A stretch of DNA of 64,000 nucleotides. Source: an uncultured Acidobacteriota bacterium (GTDB taxonomy: Bacteria > Acidobacteriota > Thermoanaerobaculia > Multivoradales > JAHEKO01). Within the stretch, counting starts at the first letter, position 1, and each line of letters opens with the position of its first letter. The stretch covers positions 227,503 to 291,502 of the forward strand of contig CAVQNG010000005.1 in assembly GCA_963713825.1 (NCBI GenBank). The letters are read 5' to 3'. The translations under genes and the position numbers were made by a program. This document shows, in pieces, positions 9,443-18,287 of this stretch. A model generated the notes under the pieces. It did not search any database. It saw only the letters and a list, made by a program, of their open reading frames with translations, and was not told the origin of the DNA.

Positions 9443-12096
9443 GCGGGCACGGGATATCCCGGGCACCTGCTGGTGGGAGGGAGGCGAGCGCCATGCGTAG
9501 TATCGCGAATAGAATTAGTCGGAGGGGTATGCGGCTCCTTGGCGCCTTGTATGGCGTCACGGCAGCGATGATCCTGATCGCTGCTGTAACGGTTCTACCG
9601 GCCCAGGCTGCGGCGACCTCGACAACTGAGATCCAAAACCTGGCGGTACATCGGGGGTCGGGTGGGGCCCAACTCGAGGTGGCTAGCGATGGCACCCTCG
9701 TTTGGACTACCTATCGGGACGCCGATGGCCGTCTGGTTATCGAGCTGCCCAACAGCACGCCGGCAGACTCGGTCATCGACCTTTGGCCTGACGACGGCCT
9801 GCTCGAGGCCGTGGAGGTCACTACCGAGAACGGTGGTGATCGCCCCCTGACGCGTCTCACCATTCGGACGCGGGGTGCCACGGAACACTCGATTCAGGCT
9901 TCGGGGCCCGCCCTGTTGGTGGATTTCACCGCCATCGGCGAGGTCGCTGAGCGAACCTGGGACGAGCCGTCAGCAGACGACGCCGACACCCTGGCCGTGC
10001 AGTCGGTCGTGGTCGAGGAAGAGACTCTGCCAGCGGCACCGCCAGCCCCGAGAGTATCGACGGCCGAAACGCCGTTCGATGCTATTCAGGGACCGGTCGG
10101 TGAACCGATCGGCGTCGCGGCGACACAGCTCGAAGGCATCGAGGTGTCGAGTCATGACGGCGAGACCGTCGTGCGGATCGTCGGTGACGGTGGCTTCTAT
10201 TTTTCGAGCTTCAACCTCGATGCGCCCGATCGCTTCGTGGTCGACCTGCTCGGAGTCGCCAATCGGGCGCCTTCCCCCAGCATCATGGTCGAGAACCACA
10301 CGGTCGAGAGAGTGCGGATTGCCCAGTTCAAGGCGCAGCCCGACATGGTCTCCCGGGTCGTTGTGGATTTGAGAGATGCATCGGATACCCGGGTCGAGCA
10401 GATTCCGAACGGCCTGGAGCTGCGATTCGCTTCCAGCGCAGTGGCAACCATGGAGCTCCAGGAGAGCCCCATGGTCGAAGAGGCTCCCCAGGTTGCGGCT
10501 CTCGAGCCGACACCGGTCGAGCCCGAGCCTGTCGCCGTCGCGGAGCCGATCGTCGAGCCTGAGCCGGAAGGCATGGGTGCCAATGAGAACGGTACTGTCG
10601 GCGCCCATGAGCTTTCGACTCCGCCGGCTGCACTTCCTGTCGAGATCCAGCCCGAGCCGATCGCTCCCGAACCGGAGCCGGAGGTCGTCGAGCCCATCGC
10701 TGCAGCGACTCCCGAACCGGAATACCAGATTGCCGATGCGAGCCTGACCCGAGAGCCGGAACCCTCCTTTGTTAGCAGCAGCTATCAGGACGAGGTTGTC
10801 GAGGGCGGTGCGGCGCCACAAGCACAGGCCGCGCAGTCCTTTTCCAGCCAGACTGTCAGTGGCGATGCTCCGACCTACACCGGAGCGCCGATGTCCATCA
10901 GCCTGAAGGATGGCGACATCAAAGACGTCCTGCGGTCCTTCGCTCAGATCAGCGGCTTGAACATCGTCGTGCAGCCCGGCGTCACGGGAACAGTGACCGT
11001 CGAGTTGACGGATGTTCCGTGGGACCAGGCGCTCGAAGAGATCCTCAAGATCAACGGTCTCGGCTACGTGCTCGAAGGCAACATCATGCGCGTCGCCCCG
11101 ATCAAGGTCCTGGCCGACGAAGCGTCGGAGCGGCAGAGATTACGCCAGGCCAATGCGCTCTCCGTGCCGCTGAAGACCATCATGAAGCGCGTCAGCTACG
11201 CCGAGGCGAGCACGATGGCCGGCATTCTCATGTCCGGTGGTGGTGCCAGTCTGGTGAGTCAGCGCGGTTCGGTAGTCGTCGATTCGCGGACCAACACCCT
11301 GATCATCAAAGAGCTGCCGGACTACATCGACACGGTCCTGGCGGTCATCGAGACCTTGGATGTTCCAGAGCCTCAAGTCATGATCGAGGCCAGGATCATC
11401 GAGACCACGAAGCGATTCAATCGAACTCTGGGTATCCAGTGGGGCTTCAATGGAGTTTCGTCTCCCGCTTATGGGAACACGACCGGACTCCAGTTCCCGA
11501 ACCAGGGCTCGGTCGACGGTAGTGTCAATCTGCTGACCGGTGGTAGCAACGGTCTCCTGGATATTTCCCTGGGGAACGTACTCGGGACCTTCTCGATCGA
11601 CGCAACCCTGCAAGCGGCCGAGGACGAGGGGCTGATCAACATTCTGTCAGCCCCGAAGGTCGCGACCCTGAACAACGAGCAGGCCTCCATTCAGAGCGGT
11701 CTGCAGATCCCGATTCAGACGGTGGCCAACAACACAGTCAGCGTGCAGTTTGTCAACGCCACGCTGCGATTGGATGTCACTCCGCATGTCACTGCCGAGG
11801 GCACCGTGCTGATGGATATCAATATCCAGAAGCGAGAGCCTTTGCTGGCCTTCACCGTTGTGGGAGCGACGAACGCCCCCATCGCGACGAAGGACGCGCG
11901 GACCCGAGTGATCGTCCGGGACGGTGGTACAACGGTCATCGGAGGTATCTACAAGGTTACTTCGGACCAGGGTGAGGATCGAGTCCCAGGGCTCGCCAAT
12001 ATTCCTGTTCTGGGTCATCTCTTCAAGAACAAGCGTCGAAGCGATGAGAACGAAGAGCTGTTGATCTTCATCACCCCAAGGGTGATCAAGCTATAG
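9439..12096 (+). CDS. pilQ: type IV pilus secretin PilQ with two N-terminal AMIN domains
   Basis: 885 aa. It has a signal peptide, two AMIN-like beta domains, an acidic Pro/Glu-rich linker (PEPEPEVVEP...), a secretin-N/STN domain (ISLKDGDIKDVLRSFAQISGLNIVV) and a C-terminal secretin domain (GGTTVIGGIYK...VPGLANIPVLGHLFKN). Confidence 0.9.
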   Translation: MSGHGISRAPAGGREASAMRSIANRISRRGMRLLGALYGVTAAMILIAAVTVLPAQAAATSTTEIQNLAVHRGSGGAQLEVASDGTLVWTTYRDADGRLVIELPNSTPADSVIDLWPDDGLLEAVEVTTENGGDRPLTRLTIRTRGATEHSIQASGPALLVDFTAIGEVAERTWDEPSADDADTLAVQSVVVEEETLPAAPPAPRVSTAETPFDAIQGPVGEPIGVAATQLEGIEVSSHDGETVVRIVGDGGFYFSSFNLDAPDRFVVDLLGVANRAPSPSIMVENHTVERVRIAQFKAQPDMVSRVVVDLRDASDTRVEQIPNGLELRFASSAVATMELQESPMVEEAPQVAALEPTPVEPEPVAVAEPIVEPEPEGMGANENGTVGAHELSTPPAALPVEIQPEPIAPEPEPEVVEPIAAATPEPEYQIADASLTREPEPSFVSSSYQDEVVEGGAAPQAQAAQSFSSQTVSGDAPTYTGAPMSISLKDGDIKDVLRSFAQISGLNIVVQPGVTGTVTVELTDVPWDQALEEILKINGLGYVLEGNIMRVAPIKVLADEASERQRLRQANALSVPLKTIMKRVSYAEASTMAGILMSGGGASLVSQRGSVVVDSRTNTLIIKELPDYIDTVLAVIETLDVPEPQVMIEARIIETTKRFNRTLGIQWGFNGVSSPAYGNTTGLQFPNQGSVDGSVNLLTGGSNGLLDISLGNVLGTFSIDATLQAAEDEGLINILSAPKVATLNNEQASIQSGLQIPIQTVANNTVSVQFVNATLRLDVTPHVTAEGTVLMDINIQKREPLLAFTVVGATNAPIATKDARTRVIVRDGGTTVIGGIYKVTSDQGEDRVPGLANIPVLGHLFKNKRRSDENEELLIFITPRVIKL

Positions 12097-12115
12097 GCTG
12101 ACGGAGGAGCTGCTA

Positions 12116-12676
12116 ATGCGCCGTGTCACGAACTATTTGTTGATCCTAATCCTGGCCGTTGGCGTTGCTGGATGCGACAGCAATACGGACAGGACCGATG
12201 GTGGTGGCGTCCTGCTCTCGGTCAGCGACTTCGACGGACTGCCGCTGTTGGCAAGTGTCAATTCGACATTGTCAACCGGCGGTCTGATTCAAATCGAGTC
12301 GTTAACCATTCAGAACATCGCCAAGAACCCGACGGGTACTACCAGCGATCTGATGAACGTCGAGATTCAGTCGTACGAGGTCCAGTACTCGCGAGCCGAT
12401 CGAGGAACGCGGGTGCCGACCCCCTACGTGCGCGGGATTTTCGGCGTGGCGCCGGTCGATGGGACCGTGGACTACGAGAACTTGCCTGTCATGAGCTCCG
12501 ATCAGCTGAATACGACGCCTCTGTCGGACCTCAAGTACTCCAATGGAGGCGTCGACACAGAGACAGGGGAGCCCAAGATCGTTCTGAACTTCCAGGTCCG
12601 ATTCTTCGGCCGTACACTGTCGGGTGACACCGTCGATACGCAGCCGATCTTCTTCACAATCGAGTTCATTCCTTAG
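12116..12676 (+). CDS. hypothetical lipoprotein
   Basis: Lipobox LAVGVAGCDS. 186 aa, with no recognisable catalytic motif. It lies immediately downstream of pilQ. Confidence 0.6.
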   Translation: MRRVTNYLLILILAVGVAGCDSNTDRTDGGGVLLSVSDFDGLPLLASVNSTLSTGGLIQIESLTIQNIAKNPTGTTSDLMNVEIQSYEVQYSRADRGTRVPTPYVRGIFGVAPVDGTVDYENLPVMSSDQLNTTPLSDLKYSNGGVDTETGEPKIVLNFQVRFFGRTLSGDTVDTQPIFFTIEFIP

Positions 12677-12707
12677 CCCTGCGGGGCCGTAGAGCAGGAG
12701 AGTCGCC

Positions 12708-13232
12708 ATGAGTCGACTGAAAGACAGAAGGTTCCAAGGGCTGATCGTCACCGCCGTTTGCGGGCTGGCCTTGCTGGTGGCGTGTTCGACAGATTCGCCG
12801 ACGGCCCCCTTGCAGGTGCCACCACCACCAACTGACGGAGGTGGTGGCGTCGGTACCGGGGAAGCCCCCTTCATTACTAGCATCTCACCCAACACTGGAA
12901 CCGGGGCCGGTGGCACGACCGTCGAGATCAAGGGAATAGGTTTCTTCGCTCCGCTTCGGGTGGATTTTGACGGCGCTCTGGCAATCGTACAAAGCGTCTC
13001 CTCCAATGGCACCTCCATCAGGGTCAAGACTCCGCCCTACGGTGGAGATTACGACCTGGACGCCTGCGACTATATTGGGCTGCTGGACGGAGAACGCAAC
13101 TCGCCGACGCCGGTGGACGTCACGGTTGAGCTTTCTGCTTCCGGTGGGAGCGATTCCGTCACAGCGGGTTTCAACTACGTGCCAGTGGACACGGAGTGCT
13201 ACGAGGCTGGAATCCTAGGAGTAGGAAATTAG
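12708..13232 (+). CDS. lipoprotein with an IPT/TIG Ig-like domain
   Basis: Lipobox LLVACST and a PPPP linker. ITSISPNTGTGAGGTTVEIKGIGF is a classic IPT/TIG motif. Confidence 0.7.
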   Translation: MSRLKDRRFQGLIVTAVCGLALLVACSTDSPTAPLQVPPPPTDGGGGVGTGEAPFITSISPNTGTGAGGTTVEIKGIGFFAPLRVDFDGALAIVQSVSSNGTSIRVKTPPYGGDYDLDACDYIGLLDGERNSPTPVDVTVELSASGGSDSVTAGFNYVPVDTECYEAGILGVGN

Positions 13233-13349
13233 GGCAACGGAGGCTTCTACTAGCAAGACTCGCTAGTAAGGATTCAGTTGAGTGCAGAGAGTCTCCGAGG
13301 CGGCTACCTAGACGGGTAGCCGCCTCTGTTCGTATACTCCTGTGAAGCC

Positions 13350-14606
13350 ATGCGCTATTTCCTGACAGCCTGCGTGATTGTGCTCCTGATAGCCGTCGTA
13401 CCTGGCTGTGACAAGGCCTCCCCGGTTGCCCCTGCCGGTACGACGATCAGTCTCAGCGTCAATCCATCTCGCATCGATATCAGCGGCACTGCCTCGATCA
13501 CGGCCATCGTCAGGCGCGACAACGGTACCGCGGTCAACCCGGGCACCGAAGTCAATTTCTCGACCTCGCTCGGATTACTGGATCCAGAGCTCGCCACGAC
13601 CGATGATGCCGGTGTGGCCCGAACCACGTTGAAGGGGGCTGGGCAGGTCGGAGTGGCCACGATCGAGGCCAGTACCGGGGCCGCAACGCCCTCGACGGTG
13701 GAGTTGCAGATCGGCTCCCTGGCTTCTTCGGCCACTCTCGTGGCCAGCCCTACCGCTATTGGACAGGGAGGTGGGACCATCGAGCTGCTGGCCGTCGTGC
13801 GCGACGATGCCGGTCAGCTGCTGAACGAGCTGGCTGTCAACTTCTCGACGACTGCGGGGACACTACAATCGCGTGGTGCGGCAATACTCACCAATCAGCT
13901 TGGCGAGGCGAGAGACCAGCTGACGGTTACCGAGCTCGACATCATCGCCCTGACAACAAACGTCATTACGGTCACTGTGTTCGCCTCCACGGACGGCGGC
14001 TCGCTCTTGGAGACCACGACGGACATCAGCGTTCGGGGTCTGATCTCCAATATCTCTCTCCAGGTCTCACCGGGCTCGGTGGCGGCATCGGGTGGCACGC
14101 TGAAGCTGCTCGCCCTGGTGAAGGACGACGTGGGGCTGGGAGTCCAGGGGGCGGGTGTCAACTTCGTCAGCCAGGCCGGTACGCTGGCCTCGGGTGGAGG
14201 GGTTCTGCGCACCGATTCGGGTGGACAGGCCGAAGACTCCCTGACCTTGACGGTGCAAGATATCGATGCGCTCGGCAGTCGAACCTTCAAAGTCCAAGCC
14301 TTCAGTACCGACTCGACAGGGGCGCAAATTTCGGCCGAATTCACGGTCAGCGTACAGACCGGTGCACCGATTGCCGACTTCACCTTTGTGGCGACGGGGC
14401 TCTCCGTCCAGTTCAACAATCAGAGCTCAGGCGATCAACCGCTGTCCTACTTGTGGGATTTTGGCGACAGCACGACGCCCGCCAACCGGACCGAGGCCAA
14501 TCCACTGCACAGCTACACCAATCCCGGCACGTTCAACGTGACGCTGGAAGTCACCAACTCGGTGGGAACGGACAGCGTCACCAAACCGGTCGTGGTTCAA
14601 CAGTAG
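13350..14606 (+). CDS. lipoprotein with three tandem Big-like Ig domains and a C-terminal PKD domain
   Basis: Lipobox VVPGCDK. There are three repeats of about 100 aa (...ASITAIVRRDNGTAVNPGTEVNFSTSLGLL.../...ELLAVVRDDAGQLLNELAVNFSTTAGTL.../...KLLALVKDDVGLGVQGAGVNFVSQAGTL...). The C-terminal PKD signature is YLWDFGDSTTP...HSYTNPGTFNVTLEVTN. Confidence 0.75.
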   Translation: MRYFLTACVIVLLIAVVPGCDKASPVAPAGTTISLSVNPSRIDISGTASITAIVRRDNGTAVNPGTEVNFSTSLGLLDPELATTDDAGVARTTLKGAGQVGVATIEASTGAATPSTVELQIGSLASSATLVASPTAIGQGGGTIELLAVVRDDAGQLLNELAVNFSTTAGTLQSRGAAILTNQLGEARDQLTVTELDIIALTTNVITVTVFASTDGGSLLETTTDISVRGLISNISLQVSPGSVAASGGTLKLLALVKDDVGLGVQGAGVNFVSQAGTLASGGGVLRTDSGGQAEDSLTLTVQDIDALGSRTFKVQAFSTDSTGAQISAEFTVSVQTGAPIADFTFVATGLSVQFNNQSSGDQPLSYLWDFGDSTTPANRTEANPLHSYTNPGTFNVTLEVTNSVGTDSVTKPVVVQQ

Positions 14607-14792
14607 CTGCGCCTGCGATAGCAGACTCGAAATTCCTCGGCGGCGCCTCGCGCCGGTTCACTCCTCTGCACCCGAGCTGTCGAATCTCGGCTATAATCTG
14701 GCAGTTCCATGTCGGGTGAGAGTGCACGCACTCTCGATAGAGAGAGGCCTGTAAATCTCGCCAGTTTGCCCTCGAATCGGATGGGTCGAGCC

Positions 14793-15878
14793 ATGAGCGA
14801 ATCGATCGAAGAGATGCTCCAGCGGTGGGAGGAAGAGCCCACACCACAGCTGTCCCTACAGCTGGCTGAAGAGTACCGTCGACAGGGTCGGCTCGAGGAG
14901 GGCACCACCATCCTCGAACAGGCTCTACGGCTGCATCCGAACCATGTCGCTGCCCGCGTCGCCTACGGGCGATTCCTTCTCGAGTCGGGCCAGATGGAAG
15001 ATGCTGCAGCGGTTCTGGAAGCGGTGGTCGATGAAGATCCGACCCACCTGGTGGCCAACAAGCTCTTGATCGGCCTTTACCTCGAAGGCAACCGTCTCAA
15101 GGACGCCAGGGATCGTCTCGATCTCTACAAACTGCTCAACGAGAGCGATCCGGAGATCGAAATGCTCGAGGCGCAGCTGACGTCGAGCGGCTCTCCTGGA
15201 GCTCCGCCAACCTCGGTCGATGCGGGAGGGCGGGTCTTCGTGCTCGGTGGGTCGCCACCGCCACCGGATCTCCAGAGATTGGTTGCTGAGGGCGGTTCGA
15301 GAGTCGGGCTGCGGGCCCGGCCGAGGGCTCTGGCATCCGAAGGCCCTTTCGGTGATCTCTGGCAGGGTGTCGATCAGGAGGAGTACGACCACGCACTCGG
15401 AGCTGAGGGGATTTTTCCTGTCGTTGTAGCGGTGGTTGCCGAGGAGTCCGAGGCAGCTCTGGTGGTCGAAATCGAAGACGTCGAGGCGCCGGAGATCGAG
15501 CTGGTCTCGGAGCCGGAGTTGGCTGAAGAGGAGCTTGAAGAGGCGGCCGTGGAGCCCGAGCCGATCATGGAAGCGGTGGAAGATGCGCCGCTTCCAGCGA
15601 TCGGAGCAACGACGACTCTGGCGAATCTCTATCTGGACCAGGGGCACTTGGACGATGCCGCGCTGGCATTCGAGGAGGTCCTGGCGAGAGAGCCGGACAA
15701 TGCGGCTGCGAGCCACGGCCTGGCCGAGACGCGCCGCAGAATGGGTGAATCCCTGGAGGCCGAGGATTCGGCGGATGGGGAAGAGGAAGACGACAGGCTG
15801 GGGGCCCGCGATCGAAAGGCTCGTGTTCTGCGTCAGTACCTCGATCGACTGAAGGCTGCCAGCGGGAGGCTGCAATAG
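14793..15878 (+). CDS. TPR-repeat protein with an acidic low-complexity central region
   Basis: N-terminal TPRs (LAEEYRRQGRLEEGTTILEQALRLHPNHVAARVAYGRFL...), an acidic E/P-rich stretch, and a C-terminal TPR (LANLYLDQGHLDDAALAFEEVLAREPDN). The ORF opens at 14709; ATG 14793 (MSESIEEM) is a plausible start. Confidence 0.7.
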   Translation: MSESIEEMLQRWEEEPTPQLSLQLAEEYRRQGRLEEGTTILEQALRLHPNHVAARVAYGRFLLESGQMEDAAAVLEAVVDEDPTHLVANKLLIGLYLEGNRLKDARDRLDLYKLLNESDPEIEMLEAQLTSSGSPGAPPTSVDAGGRVFVLGGSPPPPDLQRLVAEGGSRVGLRARPRALASEGPFGDLWQGVDQEEYDHALGAEGIFPVVVAVVAEESEAALVVEIEDVEAPEIELVSEPELAEEELEEAAVEPEPIMEAVEDAPLPAIGATTTLANLYLDQGHLDDAALAFEEVLAREPDNAAASHGLAETRRRMGESLEAEDSADGEEEDDRLGARDRKARVLRQYLDRLKAASGRLQ

Positions 15879-15881
15879 ATC

Positions 15882-16241
15882 ATGTTTCAGGAAAGACTGC
15901 AGAGTATCTGCGACAGCATCGATGGCGCCCTGGCAGTGTCCCTCGTCGACGCTGATGGCATTACCGTAGAAGCGATCAGCGACGGCTCCTCCCTCGATCT
16001 GGAGGCACTTGGCGCCGAGCTTTTGGCGCAGACGCGGACAATCTCGAGGGACCACCGGGAGTTGGCGATGGGGGAGGTGCGACAGCTCTCCGTCACGACC
16101 GACCTGTACACGGTCCTGGTGAGCGCGCTGACCGGCAACTACAGTCTGCTTCTGGTTCTCGAGGAAAAGGGCGGCAGCTATGGGAAAGCCCGTTTCGAGC
16201 TGCGGCGAGCGCAGTTGAAGCTCGAGGGTGACCTGGCCTAG
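15882..16241 (+). CDS. Roadblock/LC7 domain protein (MglB-like)
   Basis: 119 aa: ...GALAVSLVDADGITVEAISDG...TTDLYTVLVSALTGNYSLLLVLEEKGGSYGKARFELRRA, a Roadblock/LC7 fold. It starts 4 nt after the TPR gene stop. Confidence 0.75.
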   Translation: MFQERLQSICDSIDGALAVSLVDADGITVEAISDGSSLDLEALGAELLAQTRTISRDHRELAMGEVRQLSVTTDLYTVLVSALTGNYSLLLVLEEKGGSYGKARFELRRAQLKLEGDLA

Positions 16242-16303
16242 CCTGGCAATCGATGCCTGGTGCCCGGTCCAACGACTATCGAGTCCATAGGTGAGGAGCG
16301 TCT

Positions 16304-16804
16304 GTGCTGACTTTCGAACAGATCAAGGAGTTGATCGACCTCGTTCGAGAACGCCAACTACTGGGTGTGGAGATCGAGAGGTCGGGATTTCGATTGAAGA
16401 TCGACGGCCGACCCGCCGAAGCGGTGACCGTGATTGCAGGCGACGCCCAGTCGGATAGCCGTAGCGCGGCAGGCCAGGTATCGAAGGCAATCGCGGCCGA
16501 CAGCGAGTCGGCCACTCCAACGGCTGCGGAGGCGGAAGCAGCTGCCGAAGCCGAGTTGGCCGGGGTTCATGTCCTGCGGTCCCCGATCGTCGGCACGTTC
16601 TACACCGCTCCCAGTCCAGATGCCGAGCCCTACGTCAGGGCCGGTGACCGGGTCAAGCGGGGGCAGGTGCTGTGCATCGTCGAAGCGATGAAGCTGATGA
16701 ACGAGATCGAGTCCGATGAAGACGGAGTCGTCGAAAAGGCCTTCCCCAAGAACGCGCAGCCGGTGGAATTTGGTGAGCCGCTTTTCGCCATCATCCCCGA
16801 TTGA
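16304..16804 (+). CDS. accB: acetyl-CoA carboxylase biotin carboxyl carrier protein
   Basis: C-terminal biotinyl domain containing the EAMKLMNEIES motif. It lies upstream of accC. Probable GTG start. Confidence 0.9.
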   Translation: MLTFEQIKELIDLVRERQLLGVEIERSGFRLKIDGRPAEAVTVIAGDAQSDSRSAAGQVSKAIAADSESATPTAAEAEAAAEAELAGVHVLRSPIVGTFYTAPSPDAEPYVRAGDRVKRGQVLCIVEAMKLMNEIESDEDGVVEKAFPKNAQPVEFGEPLFAIIPD

Positions 16805-16857
16805 GTTTGGATGTAGCCTCGGCATTCCAGACTTGAAAGCGCAGTCCATCCTGTTCG

Positions 16858-18222
16858 ATGTTTGAAAAAGTCCTCATTGCGAACCGCGGCGAGATCGCGC
16901 TGCGGCTGATTCAAGCGTGTCGGGAGCTGGACATTGCGACGGTGGCCGTGCACAGCACCGCGGATGAGGACTCGTTGCACGTCACCTATGCCGACGAGGC
17001 GGTCTGTATCGGGCCGCCAGCTTCCAGCGACAGCTACCTCAATGTGTCGAGCATCATCGCTGCGGCGGAGATCACCGGGGCCGATGCGGTGCATCCGGGA
17101 TATGGCTTCCTGGCGGAGAATGCAGCCTTCGCGGAGGTCCTTGGCGAGTGCAACCTGAAGTGGATTGGCCCCTCACCCGACAGCATCCGGCTGATGGGAG
17201 ACAAGGCGAAGGCGAGGCAGACCGCAGCGGAGGCGGGCGTCCCAGTCTTGCCTGGCAGCAAGGAGCCCCTGGCAGATGCCGCTGGCGCCGAACGAGCGGC
17301 CGGCGAGGTGGGCTACCCGGTCATCCTGAAGGCGGCTGCCGGAGGTGGTGGCCGCGGCATGAGAATTGTTCAAGAGCCCGCCGAGTTGGAGAGCCAGTTC
17401 AATACCGCCAGCGAAGAAGCTCTGAAGGCGTTCGGCGACGGCACCATCTACCTCGAGCGCTACCTCGTCGAACCGCGGCACATCGAGTTCCAGGTGCTGG
17501 GAGACAAGTACGGCAAGATCATCCATCTTGGAGAGCGGGAGTGCTCGATCCAGCGGCGCCACCAGAAGCTCATCGAAGAGGCACCTTCGCCCGTTTTGAC
17601 GCCTCTGCTGAGGGACCAGATGGGAGCTGCGGCCGTGCGACTCGCGGCAGTCGTCGGATACGAGAATGCCGGCACCGTTGAGTTCCTCCTGGACCATGAT
17701 GGCCGTTTCTATTTCATGGAGATGAACACCCGTATCCAGGTCGAGCACCCGGTCACCGAGATCGTGACGGGACAGGACCTGGTCAAGTGGCAGATCCGGC
17801 TGGCCGCTGGCGAGCGGCTGAATCTGCCCGATTCAGTGCCGGTCAGGGGACATGCCATCGAGTGTCGGATCAACGCCGAGGATCCGAAGCGGTTCACCCC
17901 GTCGCCGGGCAGAATCGAGTCGTATCACCAGCCTGGCGGGCCGGGAATCCGGGTCGATACCCATGTCTACGGTGGCTATTTCATTCCCCCTTACTACGAC
18001 TCTCTCATCGCCAAGTTGATCGCCTTCGGTGAAACTCGTGACGAAGCGATCGTTCGCATGGAGAGGGCGTTGGAGTTCTTCGTCGTCGAGGGGGTGGAGA
18101 CTTCCATTCCGCTTCATCAGCGCATCATGCGAGATGCCAGGTTCCGGTCCGGCAACATCTCGACTCGATTCATGGAGCGCTTCCTGGAGGCGAGCGGCGA
18201 TCGGCCGAGAGTCGAGGCGTAG
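16858..18222 (+). CDS. accC: acetyl-CoA carboxylase biotin carboxylase subunit
   Basis: Begins [16 protein letters not shown] and has an ATP-grasp domain. 454 aa. Confidence 0.95.
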   Translation: MFEKVLIANRGEIALRLIQACRELDIATVAVHSTADEDSLHVTYADEAVCIGPPASSDSYLNVSSIIAAAEITGADAVHPGYGFLAENAAFAEVLGECNLKWIGPSPDSIRLMGDKAKARQTAAEAGVPVLPGSKEPLADAAGAERAAGEVGYPVILKAAAGGGGRGMRIVQEPAELESQFNTASEEALKAFGDGTIYLERYLVEPRHIEFQVLGDKYGKIIHLGERECSIQRRHQKLIEEAPSPVLTPLLRDQMGAAAVRLAAVVGYENAGTVEFLLDHDGRFYFMEMNTRIQVEHPVTEIVTGQDLVKWQIRLAAGERLNLPDSVPVRGHAIECRINAEDPKRFTPSPGRIESYHQPGGPGIRVDTHVYGGYFIPPYYDSLIAKLIAFGETRDEAIVRMERALEFFVVEGVETSIPLHQRIMRDARFRSGNISTRFMERFLEASGDRPRVEA

Positions 18223-18287
18223 AATCTCTGTCAATAGAGCAGTGAAGGTACTTCTGCCAAGCAGCTGATCGCAAGGCTGATGGAGGG

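Noticed and set aside
9970-10821. 283-aa minus-strand ORF, and several ORFs of 100-170 aa, inside pilQ
   Set aside because: They are antisense or alternate-frame within the secretin gene and have no domain signatures.
14640-14700. GC hairpin CGGCGCCTCGCGCCG plus TATAAT after the Big/PKD lipoprotein gene
   Set aside because: The hairpin is not followed by a T-run, and the TATAAT has no credible -35. It is insufficient to call a terminator or promoter.
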